In this document: positions 1-10,514 of the stretch, piece by piece | Position numbering within the stretch: position 1 is the first letter of the stretch | How the letters are laid out: the number at the start of each line of letters is the position of its first letter | Assembly (NCBI RefSeq): GCF_000175255.2 | Contig: NC_017262.1 | Location: 1,230,001-1,262,000 of the forward strand | DNA from: Zymomonas mobilis subsp. mobilis ATCC 10988 | Lineage (GTDB): Bacteria > Pseudomonadota > Alphaproteobacteria > Sphingomonadales > Sphingomonadaceae | Length of the DNA stretch: 32,000 bases | Direction of reading: 5' to 3' | Translations under genes and position numbers: made by a program | Notes under the pieces: model-generated | Databases searched by the model: none | What the model was told of the DNA's origin: nothing | The model's input: only the letters and a program-made list of their open reading frames with translations

Positions 1-365
1 ACACGAAGCGTGCCCGCTCTTTCTGGGGTATGCAGCGTACATTGGTACAGAATCTGATCGATGGTGTGACTCAAGGTTATTCTAAAACCCTTCAGATCAC
101 GGGTGTCGGTTATCGTGCTGCATCACAGGGTAAAACCCTGAAACTGCAGCTTGGCTACAGCCACGATATCGATTTTGCTATACCGGAAGGTATCACGATC
201 CAGACGCCGGAACCAACGACTGTCAATATCTCTGGTATTGATAAGCAGAAAGTTGGTCAGGTCGCGGCTGAGATTCGTCGCTGGCGTCGTCCTGAGCCCT
301 ATAAGGGTAAGGGTATCAAGTATGCCGGTGAGTTCATCTTCCGTAAGGAAGGGAAGAAGAAATAA
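1..365 (+). CDS. rplF: 50S ribosomal protein L6, 5'-truncated by window edge (reading frame [18 protein letters not shown]... open from nt 3)
   Basis: Conserved L6 sequence; position before rplR; the ORF-track start at 30 is an internal Met. Confidence 0.95.
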   Translation, partial: TKRARSFWGMQRTLVQNLIDGVTQGYSKTLQITGVGYRAASQGKTLKLQLGYSHDIDFAIPEGITIQTPEPTTVNISGIDKQKVGQVAAEIRRWRRPEPYKGKGIKYAGEFIFRKEGKKK

Positions 366-721
366 TGGCCAAAGGTCTTTCTCTTTTTGAACGGCGTCGT
401 CAGCGGGTTCGTACCACGCTGCGTGCCAAGGGTAATCATCGTCCTCGTTTATCTGTTCACCGTTCTGGCCAGCATATTTATGCTCAGGTTATTGATGATG
501 ATCAGAGACGCACCGTTGTTGCAGCTTCCACACTGGAAAAAGCTGTAAGAGACAAATCTGGTGCGACTGTTGCAGCTGCGGCTGAAACGGGTAAACGTTT
601 AGCCGAACGCGCTTCAGCGGCTGGTATTACCAAGGTTGTATTCGACCGCGGGGGATTTTTGTTTCATGGGCGGGTAAAAGCTCTGGCTGATGCTGCCCGT
701 GAAGGCGGATTGGAGTTCTAA
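365..721 (+). CDS. rplR: 50S ribosomal protein L18
   Basis: 118 aa, L18 motifs ([20 protein letters not shown]); start overlaps the rplF stop (TAATG). Confidence 0.96.
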   Translation: MAKGLSLFERRRQRVRTTLRAKGNHRPRLSVHRSGQHIYAQVIDDDQRRTVVAASTLEKAVRDKSGATVAAAAETGKRLAERASAAGITKVVFDRGGFLFHGRVKALADAAREGGLEF

Positions 722-1423
722 ATGGCTAACGAAAGCGAAATCCAGAAAACGGAAAATGCCGAAGTTGCCAATGCTGCTAACGGCACCAATCCGAACAACG
801 AACGTCGTGGTCGTGGTGGCCGTGGTCGTGGTGGTCGTGGCCGTGATGGTCGTGGTCGCCGTGATGACCGTCGCAACGAAGAAGCTGGTGAAGAGCTGAT
901 TGAAAAGCTGGTTCACATTAACCGTGTTTCTAAGACGGTTAAAGGTGGTAAGCGCTTCGGTTTCGCCGCTTTGGTTGTTGTTGGTGACGGTAAAGGCCGC
1001 GTTGGCTTTGGTCATGGTAAAGCTCGCGAAGTGCCGGAAGCTATTTCCAAGGCAACTGCCGCAGCTAAAAAGACGATGATTCGCGTCCCGCTTCGTGAAG
1101 GTCGTACCTTGCATCATGATGGTCGTGGCCGTTTCGGTGCTGGTCTGGTCTATCTGCGTTCGGCACCGTCAGGTACCGGTATCATCGCTGGTGGTCCAAT
1201 GCGCGCCATCTTCGAAAGCCTTGGTGTTGCTGACGTCGTGACGAAGTCTGTTGGCACCAGCAACCCTTACAATATGATTCGTGCTACCTTTGAAGCACTG
1301 AACGATCAGAAAAGCCCGAAAGCCGTAGCCCAGCGCCGCGGTAAACGGATTGCTGATCTCTTCGGTCGCGGTGGTGCATCTGCAGCTAAGGCTGAAGCTG
1401 AAGCTGCTGCGGTTGTGGAGTAA
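722..1423 (+). CDS. rpsE: 30S ribosomal protein S5 with Arg/Gly-rich N-terminal extension
   Basis: [38 protein letters not shown] is the S5 core; operon position. Confidence 0.97.
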   Translation: MANESEIQKTENAEVANAANGTNPNNERRGRGGRGRGGRGRDGRGRRDDRRNEEAGEELIEKLVHINRVSKTVKGGKRFGFAALVVVGDGKGRVGFGHGKAREVPEAISKATAAAKKTMIRVPLREGRTLHHDGRGRFGAGLVYLRSAPSGTGIIAGGPMRAIFESLGVADVVTKSVGTSNPYNMIRATFEALNDQKSPKAVAQRRGKRIADLFGRGGASAAKAEAEAAAVVE

Positions 1424-1430
1424 AAATGTG

Positions 1431-1607
1431 ATGGCAACTCTTAAAGTTACTCAGATTGGTTCTCCTATCCGTCGTAGCCCAGATCAGCGTGCAACGCTTA
1501 TTGGTCTTGGCCTCAACAAGATGCATCGCACCCGCGAATTGAAGGATACGCCCGATGTTCGGGGTATGCTTCGCAAGGTTGCTCATCTGGTTAAAGTTGA
1601 GAACTAA
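1431..1607 (+). CDS. rpmD: 50S ribosomal protein L30
   Basis: [41 protein letters not shown], 58 aa; the ORF-track start at 1350 lies inside rpsE, true start is 1431 (or GTG 1428). Confidence 0.94.
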   Translation: MATLKVTQIGSPIRRSPDQRATLIGLGLNKMHRTRELKDTPDVRGMLRKVAHLVKVEN

Positions 1608-1644
1608 TCTTTTCCTTGTCTTTTGATAAGGAAATTGGCAAAGA

Positions 1645-1684
1645 ACAGCGTCGTCTCGATAAGAGAGGCGCTGTTTTTGTTTTG
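1645..1684 (+). terminator. Terminator-like hairpin between rpmD and rplO
   Basis: ACAGCG-TCG-TCTC-GATAA-GAGA-GG-CGCTGT followed by TTTTGTTTT. Confidence 0.75.
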
Positions 1685-1757
1685 GAAAGCTTTGATGCGC
1701 ATAGGCTTTCCTTGAAAATTTTTCTGCGCGCCAAAAGCGAAAGCGAGTGCTTTTAAT

Positions 1758-2249
1758 ATGTCTTTTAAATTAAATAGTCTGAAAGATAACGCCGGTTCAC
1801 GCGTTGGTCGTGTCCGCGTTGGTCGCGGTATTGGTTCTGGTCTTGGTAAAACCGCTGGTCGCGGTCAAAAAGGTCAGAAAAGCCGTTCTGGTGTTTCGAT
1901 TAATGGTTTCGCTGGTGGACAGATGCCCATCTATATGCGTCTCCCGAAACGCGGCTTTAACAATGTTTTCAGCAAAGACTATGCTGAAGTTAACCTTGGC
2001 GTTGTTCAAAAGCTGATTGAATCTGGCCGTCTTGATGCCAAAAATCCGATCGACCACCAGGCTTTAAAAGCGGCTGGTGTTGCCCGCGGTGGTAAAGATG
2101 GTGTTCGTATCCTCGGTAAAGGTGAGATTGCTTCTAAAGTAACCTTCAAAGTTGCTGGCATTTCTAAAGCTGCCCGCGAAGCCGTTGAAAAGGCTGGCGG
2201 ATCGGTTGAAATCATTGCTCGTCGCAATGTTGAAAAGACAGACGCCTAA
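1758..2249 (+). CDS. rplO: 50S ribosomal protein L15
   Basis: [29 protein letters not shown] signature. Confidence 0.97.
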   Translation: MSFKLNSLKDNAGSRVGRVRVGRGIGSGLGKTAGRGQKGQKSRSGVSINGFAGGQMPIYMRLPKRGFNNVFSKDYAEVNLGVVQKLIESGRLDAKNPIDHQALKAAGVARGGKDGVRILGKGEIASKVTFKVAGISKAAREAVEKAGGSVEIIARRNVEKTDA

Positions 2250-2281
2250 TAGGCTAGGCACCAAGCCTGATTAAAAGAAGG

Positions 2282-2320
2282 ACGGTCTGTTAAGGTATTT
2301 ACCTTTGCAGGCCGTTTTTT
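2282..2320 (+). terminator. Rho-independent terminator between rplO and secY
   Basis: ACGGTCTG-TT-AAGGTA-TT-TACCTT-TG-CAGGCCGT then TTTTT; long nested stem. Confidence 0.85.
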
Positions 2321-2534
2321 CTGGAATAAACGTCATTTTAGGCAAAGGCTTGGTTGTCAACTTTGCATTCACTGCTTAAACCCTCTATGTCCGGTTCTTG
2401 AGTTTTTATTACTCAAGAGGTCGTGGAAAGAAGATAAGGCTCGAGCTTTCTCTTTATCTTTTGCGGCATGTCGATCATACGTCATGATAGTTTTTTAAAA
2501 TCTATCAGCAATTTTTTCGGGGTTCGACTGAATA

Positions 2535-3923
2535 ATGGCATCAGCAGCCAATCAATTTGCCTCTAATTTCAATCTATCCCAGTTTGGGAAGGCCACTGAC
2601 CTTAAAAAGCGCTTGTGGTTTACCTTTCTGGCTTTGATTGTTTTTCGGTTACTTTCTTTTGTGCCGTTACCGGGGATTGATCCGCGCACTATGGGCGCGC
2701 TTTTTGCGCAGACACATGGTGGTGTGCTGGATTTCTTTAATACTTTTTCCGGTGGTTCTCTAAGTCGTATGTCATTGATCGCTTTGGGATTAATGCCTTA
2801 TATTACGGCTTCTATTGTCGTTCAGCTTTCAACCTCTCTTAGCCCACATCTTGAGGCTTTGAAAAAAGAAGGTGAAAGTGGCCGAAAAAAACTGAACCAA
2901 TATACGCGTTACGGCACGGTTCTTCTGACTGCGATTCAAGGGTATTTTATTGCCGTTGGATTAGAAAACTGGAAAACGCCTGCGGGCTTATCTGCCGTCG
3001 TCGATCCGGGTTTACTTTTCCGCATCAGCTGCGTGATTTCCCTGATTGGCGGTACCATGTTTTTGATGTGGCTAGGTGAACAGATTACAAGCCGCGGCGT
3101 GGGGAATGGAACATCGCTTATCATTATGGCGGGGATTGTTTCACAGCTTCCGGTTATTATTCTGAATACGCTGGAACGTACAAGAAGCGGAGCTGTTAAT
3201 CCTGCTCTGATTATTGCTGTTATTGCTGTTGTAGCGGCCTTGGTTCTGTTCATCTGTTTTATGGAACGAGCGCAAAGGCGTGTTTTAATTCAGTATCCTA
3301 AACGCCAATCTGCTAATGGGATGATGCAGGCGGATAAAAGCCATCTGCCGTTAAAGTTAAATACCGCTAATGTCATCCCGCCCATTTTTGCGTCTTCTGT
3401 TTTATTAATGCCATTGACGATTACGCAATTTGCTGGCCAGCGGGTGACTGCAGGGGGACGGTGGAGCAATATTCTGATTACGCTCAACCAGTATCTGGCA
3501 CATGGCACATGGCTGTATATGCTTTTATACGGGATCGGGATCGTTTTCTTCAGCTTCTTCTATACGGCCATTGTTTTCAATCCAGAAGAAACAGCTGATA
3601 ATTTGAAGCGCTATGGCGGTTTTATTCCCGGTATCCGTCCAGGTAAAGCCACCGCAGATTATCTCGATTATTTGCTGACCCGTATTACGGTTATCGGAGC
3701 CGCTTATCTGACTTGCATCTGTTTAGTGCCAGAATTTATGGCTAGCGAGTTGGGTATGACTTCTTTTGCTATTGGCGGAACCAGTCTGTTGATCGTTGTT
3801 AATGTGACGATTGACACGGTCACCCAGATCCAAAGCCATTTGATTGCCCATCAATATGGTGACTTAATCCGTAAGTCGAAATTGCGTGGTAAGAGCATTC
3901 GGCGGCGCCAAAGATTGAAATAG
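2535..3923 (+). CDS. secY: Preprotein translocase subunit SecY
   Basis: 462 aa multi-TM; FVPLPGIDPR, GIGNGTSLIIMAGI-like and YYTAIVFNPEETADNLKRYGGFIPGIRPG-like motifs. Confidence 0.97.
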   Translation: MASAANQFASNFNLSQFGKATDLKKRLWFTFLALIVFRLLSFVPLPGIDPRTMGALFAQTHGGVLDFFNTFSGGSLSRMSLIALGLMPYITASIVVQLSTSLSPHLEALKKEGESGRKKLNQYTRYGTVLLTAIQGYFIAVGLENWKTPAGLSAVVDPGLLFRISCVISLIGGTMFLMWLGEQITSRGVGNGTSLIIMAGIVSQLPVIILNTLERTRSGAVNPALIIAVIAVVAALVLFICFMERAQRRVLIQYPKRQSANGMMQADKSHLPLKLNTANVIPPIFASSVLLMPLTITQFAGQRVTAGGRWSNILITLNQYLAHGTWLYMLLYGIGIVFFSFFYTAIVFNPEETADNLKRYGGFIPGIRPGKATADYLDYLLTRITVIGAAYLTCICLVPEFMASELGMTSFAIGGTSLLIVVNVTIDTVTQIQSHLIAHQYGDLIRKSKLRGKSIRRRQRLK

Positions 3924-3955
3924 GTTTTCCTGTTTAATAAATCGGAATCTTTACA

Positions 3956-4627
3956 ATGAACATTATTCTTTTTGGCCCGCCGGGGGCTGGCAAGGGAACA
4001 CAAGCCCATCGATTAGTCCATGACTTTGGGATGGTTCAGCTCTCTACAGGTGATATTTTGCGTCAGGCCGTTAAAGAAGGTACTGAAGTGGGCAAAATCG
4101 CTGGCGAATTGATGAAGGCTGGTAAGCTGATTCCTGATGACCTGATGATCAGAATTTTGGGCGAGCGTCTCGATAAACCCGATACCAAAAATGGCGTCAT
4201 TTTTGATGGTTTTCCTCGGACAAAACCTCAGGTTGAAGCGCTCGATAAGTTATTGGCAGAACGCCACAGCAAACTTGATTGCGTCATTGAGATCAAAGTC
4301 GATGAAAACGCCTTAGTAAAGCGGATTGTCGGACGCTATGTTTGTGCTCAATGTGGCGCTGGATATCACGATGAATTCAAACGCCCCCACAAAGAAGGGG
4401 TTTGTGACATCTGTGGTTCTACTGAATTCAAACGTCGCCCTGATGATAATGAAGAAGCCGTTCGGGCAAGATTAGTAGAATATCACGAAAAGACTGCCCC
4501 AATTTTGCCGGTTTATGAAGCGAGAGGCATTGTCGCTTACGTAGACGGGATGCTCCCCATGGGAGACGTCGCGACTAAAATCGCAGAAATTCTGAAAGAG
4601 AAGGGTGCTAAACCTATCTCTGCATAA
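3956..4627 (+). CDS. adk: Adenylate kinase, long form with Cys4 (CAQC...CDIC) LID domain
   Basis: MNIILFGPPGAGKGTQA P-loop; VIFDGFPRT; CAQCGAGYH...GVCDICG. Confidence 0.97.
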   Translation: MNIILFGPPGAGKGTQAHRLVHDFGMVQLSTGDILRQAVKEGTEVGKIAGELMKAGKLIPDDLMIRILGERLDKPDTKNGVIFDGFPRTKPQVEALDKLLAERHSKLDCVIEIKVDENALVKRIVGRYVCAQCGAGYHDEFKRPHKEGVCDICGSTEFKRRPDDNEEAVRARLVEYHEKTAPILPVYEARGIVAYVDGMLPMGDVATKIAEILKEKGAKPISA

Positions 4628-4652
4628 TGCGCTTTTTCTGCTTTTATATCTC

Positions 4653-4683
4653 AAAGGCAGGTCATTTATGGCCTGCCTTTTTT
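4653..4683 (+). terminator. Rho-independent terminator after adk
   Basis: AAAGGCAGG-TCATTTATGG-CCTGCCTTTTTTT. Confidence 0.85.
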
Positions 4684-4808
4684 ATATTAAAATAGGGTTG
4701 TTCCACGCTTCATTTTCTATGATCTTTTGAGTGGGCTTTTTTATTGCTATTTTTTTAAAGATTTTTTATAGAAAAAGAGAATAATTGCTGGTTTTGTATC
4801 AGTTGTCC

Positions 4809-4837
4809 TTGACTCATGCCTACCTAACGGTTAGCAA
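4809..4837 (+). promoter_or_regulatory. Possible sigma70-type promoter for rpsM operon
   Basis: TTGACT - 17 nt - TAGCAA, located after the adk terminator and 124 nt before rpsM ATG; -10 is weak. Confidence 0.4.
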
Positions 4838-4960
4838 GCTTGCTCTTTTGCAGTTGTCAATCGCAGGGGTGTTTCGGCATGTCTGGGGTGATAGCTGTAA
4901 TAAAAAAAGCGCTGAGATGAGATATGTGCCACATATCTCGTGGAGCAGGAGATTACAGAC

Positions 4961-5329
4961 ATGGCTCGTATTGCGGGTGTCAATATCCCGACAAACAAAC
5001 GTGTAGAGATCGCACTTACCTATATTCATGGTATCGGTCCGACCACGGCTAAGAAAATCGTTACCAAGCTTGGTATCGCGCCGGAACGGCGTGTCCAGGA
5101 TCTTTCTGACAACGAAGTATTGCAGATTCGTGAAGCTATTGATGCTGACTATACGGTTGAAGGTGATCTTCGCCGTCAGGTCGCTATGAACATCAAGCGT
5201 TTGATGGATCTTGCCTGCTATCGCGGTTTGCGTCATCGTAAAGGGTTGCCTGTCCGTGGCCAGCGCACTCACACCAATGCACGCACGCGTAAGGGTAAAG
5301 CTAAGCCCATCGCTGGCAAGAAGAAATAA
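4961..5329 (+). CDS. rpsM: 30S ribosomal protein S13
   Basis: [26 protein letters not shown]; ORF-track start at 4940 is upstream of the Shine-Dalgarno-like AGGAG (4947-4951), so ATG 4961 preferred. Confidence 0.96.
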   Translation: MARIAGVNIPTNKRVEIALTYIHGIGPTTAKKIVTKLGIAPERRVQDLSDNEVLQIREAIDADYTVEGDLRRQVAMNIKRLMDLACYRGLRHRKGLPVRGQRTHTNARTRKGKAKPIAGKKK

Positions 5330-5393
5330 GCAGATATCTTCTTAAAAGATATCTTTTTGCTTTTGCATCATCCAGCCTGAGGAATTTTAGGAT

Positions 5394-5783
5394 ATGGCAC
5401 GCGAACCGCAGCGCGTTAAAAGACGCGAGCGTAAAAATATTTCAGCCGGCGTAGCTCATGTTAACGCCAGCTTCAATAATACAATGATCACCATCACCGA
5501 TGCACAGGGAAATGCTATTTCCTGGTCATCTGCTGGTATGATGGGCTTCAAGGGCAGCCGTAAATCGACGCCTTATGCTGCACAGGTTGCCGCAGAAGAT
5601 GCCGGTAAAAAGGCCGCTGAACATGGTGTCCGCACTTTAGAAGTCGAAGTTAAAGGTCCGGGTTCAGGTCGTGAATCTGCCCTTCGCGCTTTGCAGGCTG
5701 TCGGTTTTCATATCACTTCTATCCGTGATGTGACCCCGATTCCGCATAATGGCGTGCGTCCTTCTAAACGGCGTCGTGTCTGA
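5394..5783 (+). CDS. rpsK: 30S ribosomal protein S11
   Basis: [27 protein letters not shown]; [20 protein letters not shown]. Confidence 0.97.
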   Translation: MAREPQRVKRRERKNISAGVAHVNASFNNTMITITDAQGNAISWSSAGMMGFKGSRKSTPYAAQVAAEDAGKKAAEHGVRTLEVEVKGPGSGRESALRALQAVGFHITSIRDVTPIPHNGVRPSKRRRV

Positions 5784-5875
5784 TCGATCTGGCGAAGGGC
5801 ATCAGTGTCCTTCCTTTTCCATTTTTTTGGTGGCCGGCGGGCAGCCCTGCCGGCTCAACTCACAAGGGGACGAAC

Positions 5876-6937
5876 GTGGCTGTCAACGCTAAGAACTGGC
5901 AGGAACTTAAAAAGCCCAACGCCCTGGAAAAGAAAGCGAGCGGGAACGGCAAATGCAAGGCAACTTTTGTTGCCGAGCCATTAGAGCGCGGCTTTGGTCT
6001 GACGCTTGGTAATGCACTGCGCCGTGTGCTGTTATCTTCACTGCAAGGGGCAGCCATTACGGCTATCAAGATCGAAAATGTGTTGCATGAATTCTCGTCC
6101 CTGAATGGGGTTCGTGAAGATGTGACCGATATCGTTCTTAATATCAAGCAGGTCGCGATTAAAATGCAGGGAGACGGTAGCCGTCGCCTTCATATTTCTC
6201 GTACCGGCCCAGGTGTGGTTACTGCCGGCGATATTGCTGTTAGCGGTGATATCGAGGTGATGAATCCAGAATTAGTGATCTGTCATCTTGATCAGGGTGC
6301 CGTCTTTAATGCTGAATTGACCGTTGATACCGGCAAAGGCTATGTTGCCGCTGTGGCTAACCGTCCGGCAGATGCACCTATTGGTCTTATTCCAGTTGAT
6401 GCGCTTTATTCTCCGGTAAGACAGGTTGCATATAAAGTCGAAAATGCCCGCGTTGGTCAGGAACTCGATTACGACAAGCTTTTGTTGACGATCGAAACCG
6501 ATGGTACCATTTCGCCGGAAGATGCGATTGCTTATTCAGCCCGTATCCTTCAGGATCAACTTCAGCTCTTTGTCCACTTTGATGATGGTCTGGCTCCGCC
6601 AACCTCTGCTATTGGACAGAGCTCGCTGCCTTCTTCCAGCAGCGAAGCTGAAAATAGTGCTAATCAGCTTAATCGTAACCTTCTCAAGAAGGTTGACGAA
6701 TTAGAACTCTCTGTTCGTTCTGCTAACTGTCTCAAGAATGACAATATCATTTACATCGGTGATCTTGTCCAGAAGACTGAAGCAGAAATGCTGCGCACCC
6801 CGAATTTTGGCCGTAAATCCTTGAATGAAATCAAGGAAGTGCTGTCCGGTATGGGATTGCGTCTGGGTATGGAAATCCCTGGTTGGCCGCCTGAAAATAT
6901 TGAGGAAATGGCCAAAAAGCTCGAACAGGAATATTGA
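5876..6937 (+). CDS. rpoA: DNA-directed RNA polymerase alpha subunit (GTG start)
   Basis: [25 protein letters not shown]; C-terminal domain [13 protein letters not shown]. Confidence 0.97.
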
Positions 6938-6946
6938 TTTCTGTAA

Positions 6947-6973
6947 ACCGGCCTGAAAATCAGGCCGGTCTTT
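6947..6973 (+). terminator. Hairpin after rpoA with weak T tract, possible attenuator or terminator
   Basis: ACCGGCCTG-AAAAT-CAGGCCGGT-CTTT, perfect 9-bp stem. Confidence 0.5.
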
Positions 6974-7056
6974 CGCAGCAGAGTTAGGCGCTCTCTTTAA
7001 AAAAGCGTGGTCCAAGGTACCTGAAACGGCCTTGAGAACAAACGAAAGGATTTAAA

Positions 7057-7479
7057 ATGCGTCATCGTGTAGGCGGCCGCAAGCTGCAACGTACTTCCAG
7101 CCATCGTCTGGCTTTGTTCCGCAATCAGTCAGCGGCTCTGATTAAGCATGAACAGATCATCACGACTTTGGCTAAGGCACGTGAATTACGTCCTTACACC
7201 GAAAAGCTTATCACGCTGGCTAAAAAAGGTGGCTTGGCTAACCGTCGTTTAGCTCATAGCCGGTTGCTGGACGATACTCAGCTGAAAAAGCTGTTTGACG
7301 TTTTGGCTGAACGTTACAAAGATCGTAACGGTGGCTATACGCGTATCATCAAAGCCGGTATCCGTGCTTCCGACGCAGCCCAGATGGCTGTGATTGAATT
7401 GGTTGATCGCGATACCACGGCAAAAGGTCAGGATTCTGGCCCTGTTCAGGTTGAAGAACAGGAAAATGAAGAAGCCTGA
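7057..7479 (+). CDS. rplQ: 50S ribosomal protein L17
   Basis: [29 protein letters not shown]. Confidence 0.97.
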   Translation: MRHRVGGRKLQRTSSHRLALFRNQSAALIKHEQIITTLAKARELRPYTEKLITLAKKGGLANRRLAHSRLLDDTQLKKLFDVLAERYKDRNGGYTRIIKAGIRASDAAQMAVIELVDRDTTAKGQDSGPVQVEEQENEEA

Positions 7480-7507
7480 TTTCTTTCAAAGCTTATTTTA
7501 AAAAGGG

Positions 7508-7540
7508 AAGGGGCTTATTAGCCCCTTTCTTTTTGTTTTT
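7508..7540 (+). terminator. Rho-independent terminator after rplQ
   Basis: AAGGGGCT-TATT-AGCCCCTT-TCTTTTTGTTTTT. Confidence 0.9.
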
Positions 7541-7623
7541 TTCTAAAAAATTTCAAAAAAATCAAAGCAGGGCTTGCCTTTTTTGCTCGAGATGATTAGA
7601 GCTGCACCCCGCAACACAAATGC

Positions 7624-7714
7624 GGAGTGGTGGCCGAGTGGTCGAAGGCGCACGCCTGGAAAGTGTGTAGGGGCTAACCGCCTCTCGTGGGTTCGAATCC
7701 CACCCGCTCCGCCA
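7624..7714 (+). tRNA. tRNA-Ser(GGA), CCA encoded
   Basis: 91 nt; acceptor GGAGTGG/CCGCTCC, anticodon stem-loop CACGC-CTGGAAA-GTGTG (anticodon GGA), long variable arm, GTGGG-TTCGAAT-CCCAC T-arm, GCCA end. Confidence 0.96.
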
Positions 7715-8243
7715 GTTTTTTGAAACTGGTTTCCTGACTTTCCATTTTCCCCTTATTTTAAAAAATAGAGGACTAGCTTTAATCGGCTAAGGTAATCCTC
7801 ATTTTCTCATCGAATTTTTGGGTCTAGCCAATCAAAATATTAAAATTCCGATAGTTTATTCAGCCCCAATTATTTCTGTAATTTTTCTAAGTGGCGTTTT
7901 CCTAAATTATATATCAGCTCTGCTGAAACGCGCCCTTGTGTCTTGCCATAAGATAGCAATAAATTTTTCAAATTATTCGATCATATATCCATTAGTCTTG
8001 TTTTAATTTATCGGTCAGTATTTCTGAATTAAGGTTTTGTAATTAAATTTTTATCCCAGCCCAAGATTTCTATAATTTTACAAAGCGTCTTTTTTGATAA
8101 AATGTAATATTATTACAATTTATGTCTTTTAAAATATATCTATTACAATGTGCCATTAGATAAAAAAATAAATATAAATCCTGACAATTGAATGATATGA
8201 GAATTTTGCAAAGAGAGTGAACTTATAGAAGTGAAAGCGTAAA

Positions 8244-10514
8244 ATGGTTTTTGATGTTGATTTGATCCAGCGTGTTTATCAGGGCTATCGTGATAAAATC
8301 CATAAAATACAAATCGCATTAGGTAAGCCGTTAACGCTGACAGAGAAAATACTCTATGCCCATTTAGCTGAAGGCGAAGTACTTAAGCCTTATCGACGAG
8401 GCGTTGATTACGTTAACTTCGCCCCTGATCGGGTCGCGATGCAAGATGCCACCGCCCAGATGGCGTTATTGCAGCTTTTAAATTCTGGACGGGACAAGGT
8501 TGCTGTTCCCTCTACGGTTCATTGTGATCATCTGATTTTAGCCTATAAAAACGCCCATGATGATCTGATCGCAGCAGAAAAGAGCAATCAGGAAGTCTAC
8601 AGCTTTCTAAAAGACGTTTCGAATAAATATGGTATCGGTTTTTGGAAACCGGGCGCAGGTATCATTCATCAGGTCGTGTTAGAAAATTATGCATTCCCTG
8701 GTGGGATGATGATTGGAACCGACTCCCACACTCCCAATGCAGGCGGTCTTTCGATGATTGCTATTGGCGTTGGCGGCGCGGATGCCGTTGATGTGATGGC
8801 TGGTTTGCCATGGGAACTGAAAATGCCCCAGATTATCGGGGTAAAATTGACGGGTAAATTGTCAGGATGGGCTTCTGCTAAGGATGTTATCCTAAAACTT
8901 GCTGGTATTTTGACCGTCAAAGGTGGCACCAATTCAATTATTGAATATTTTGGCGATGGCGCCGCCGCTCTTTCCGCGACCGGAAAGGCAACAATCTGCA
9001 ATATGGGGGCAGAAGTTGGGGCTACGACTTCGATTTTCCCATTCGATCAGAAATCTGTTGATTATCTGAAAATGACTGATCGTAGTGAAATTGCTGATCT
9101 TGGGCAGTCTCTAGAAGACTGTTTCAGAGCCGATGACGCGGTTTTGGCTGATCCTGCTTCTTATTACGATCGCGTGATTGAAATTGATCTCAGTAGCCTT
9201 GAGCCTTACGTCAATGGTCCTTTCACGCCTGATCTCGCATATCCTGTATCAGAATTTGCCAAAGCAGTTGCCGAGCATGGCTATCCTGAAAAGATGGAAG
9301 CAGGCCTTATCGGTTCTTGCACCAATTCTTCTTATGAAGATTTAAGCCGAGCAGCCTCGATTATTGAAAATGCAAATTCTTTGGATCTTAAGGTTAAATC
9401 CCAGCTTATTATCAATCCGGGTTCCGAACAGGTCAAAGAAACAGCCGAGCGCGATGGTCTGATTGGCGATTTTGAACAGGCTGGTGCCGTTATTATGGCC
9501 AATGCTTGCGGCCCTTGTATCGGTCAATGGCGGCGTGAAGGCGCTGATAAAGCGCCAAAGAATTCTATTGTCACTTCTTTTAACCGCAATTTTGCAAAAA
9601 GAAATGATGGCAATCCCAATACTTATGCCTTTGTTTGCTCACCGGAGATGGTTGCGGCCTTTTCAATCGCGGGGAGCTTAAACTTTAACCCGCTTAAAGA
9701 TACCCTAACCAATGAAAAGGGTGAGCAGGTAAAACTGGCAGAACCGATTGGCGATGAATTGCCGAAGAAGGGCTTCACCCTTAAATCAGCAGGTTATATT
9801 GCGCCTGTCAAAGATGGCAGCCAGATTAAGGTAACTGTCGCACCAGATTCCGAGCGTCTGCAATTACTGGCACCTTTTGCGCCTTGGAATGGCAAAGATA
9901 TTATCAATCAGCCTTTGCTGATTAAGGTGACGGGTAAATGCACGACTGATCATATCTCTATGGCAGGTGTCTGGCTGCGTTACCGTGGCCATTTGGATAA
10001 TATTGCCAATAATATGCTGATTGGTGCGGTAAACGCCTTTAACCATAAAACCAATTCTGTGATTGATCCTGAAACAGGCGACTATATGGCTGTCCCTGCT
10101 TTGGCTAGAAAATATAAAGCCGAAGGTTTAGGCTCGATTGTTGTTGCCGAAGAAAATTATGGTGAAGGTTCATCGCGCGAACATGCGGCGATGGAACCGC
10201 GTTTTCTTAATGTGAAGGCGATTATTGTTAAATCTTTTGCCCGCATTCATGAAACCAACTTGAAAAAGCAAGGCATGTTGGCGCTGACTTTTGTCAATAA
10301 AGCCGATTATGACAAAGTCCAAGAAGAAGACAAAATCAGCATTTTAGGTTTAACCTCTTTTGCACCGGGTAAGAATTTAACGGTTCAGTTGACCCATAAA
10401 GACGGCTCCACAGAGTCTTTTGAAGTGAGCCATACCTATAATCAGACACAGATTGAATGGTTCCGCGCCGGTAGTGCACTGAATAAATTAAAGTCTGAAT
10501 ATAAAGCCTCATAA
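8244..10514 (+). CDS. acn: Aconitate hydratase, mitochondrial (ACO2) type
   Basis: 756 aa; [14 protein letters not shown]-like N-terminus, [52 protein letters not shown]; CGPCIGQW and [10 protein letters not shown] Fe-S cysteines. Confidence 0.95.
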   Translation: MVFDVDLIQRVYQGYRDKIHKIQIALGKPLTLTEKILYAHLAEGEVLKPYRRGVDYVNFAPDRVAMQDATAQMALLQLLNSGRDKVAVPSTVHCDHLILAYKNAHDDLIAAEKSNQEVYSFLKDVSNKYGIGFWKPGAGIIHQVVLENYAFPGGMMIGTDSHTPNAGGLSMIAIGVGGADAVDVMAGLPWELKMPQIIGVKLTGKLSGWASAKDVILKLAGILTVKGGTNSIIEYFGDGAAALSATGKATICNMGAEVGATTSIFPFDQKSVDYLKMTDRSEIADLGQSLEDCFRADDAVLADPASYYDRVIEIDLSSLEPYVNGPFTPDLAYPVSEFAKAVAEHGYPEKMEAGLIGSCTNSSYEDLSRAASIIENANSLDLKVKSQLIINPGSEQVKETAERDGLIGDFEQAGAVIMANACGPCIGQWRREGADKAPKNSIVTSFNRNFAKRNDGNPNTYAFVCSPEMVAAFSIAGSLNFNPLKDTLTNEKGEQVKLAEPIGDELPKKGFTLKSAGYIAPVKDGSQIKVTVAPDSERLQLLAPFAPWNGKDIINQPLLIKVTGKCTTDHISMAGVWLRYRGHLDNIANNMLIGAVNAFNHKTNSVIDPETGDYMAVPALARKYKAEGLGSIVVAEENYGEGSSREHAAMEPRFLNVKAIIVKSFARIHETNLKKQGMLALTFVNKADYDKVQEEDKISILGLTSFAPGKNLTVQLTHKDGSTESFEVSHTYNQTQIEWFRAGSALNKLKSEYKAS

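Noticed and set aside
614-1117. 167-aa minus-strand ORF rich in Thr
   Set aside because: Antisense shadow of the Arg/Gly-rich repeats in rplR/rpsE
4785-5272. ORFs 4785..5006 (+) and 4820..5272 (-)
   Set aside because: Overlap the rpsM leader and gene; no protein-like features
7818-8006. 62-aa ORF after tRNA-Ser
   Set aside because: AT-rich chance ORF, no Shine-Dalgarno, hydrophobic composition explained by base composition
7624-8243. tRNA-Ser 3' end as possible integration site of a mobile element
   Set aside because: No integrase, no direct repeat of the tRNA 3' end, downstream genes are housekeeping
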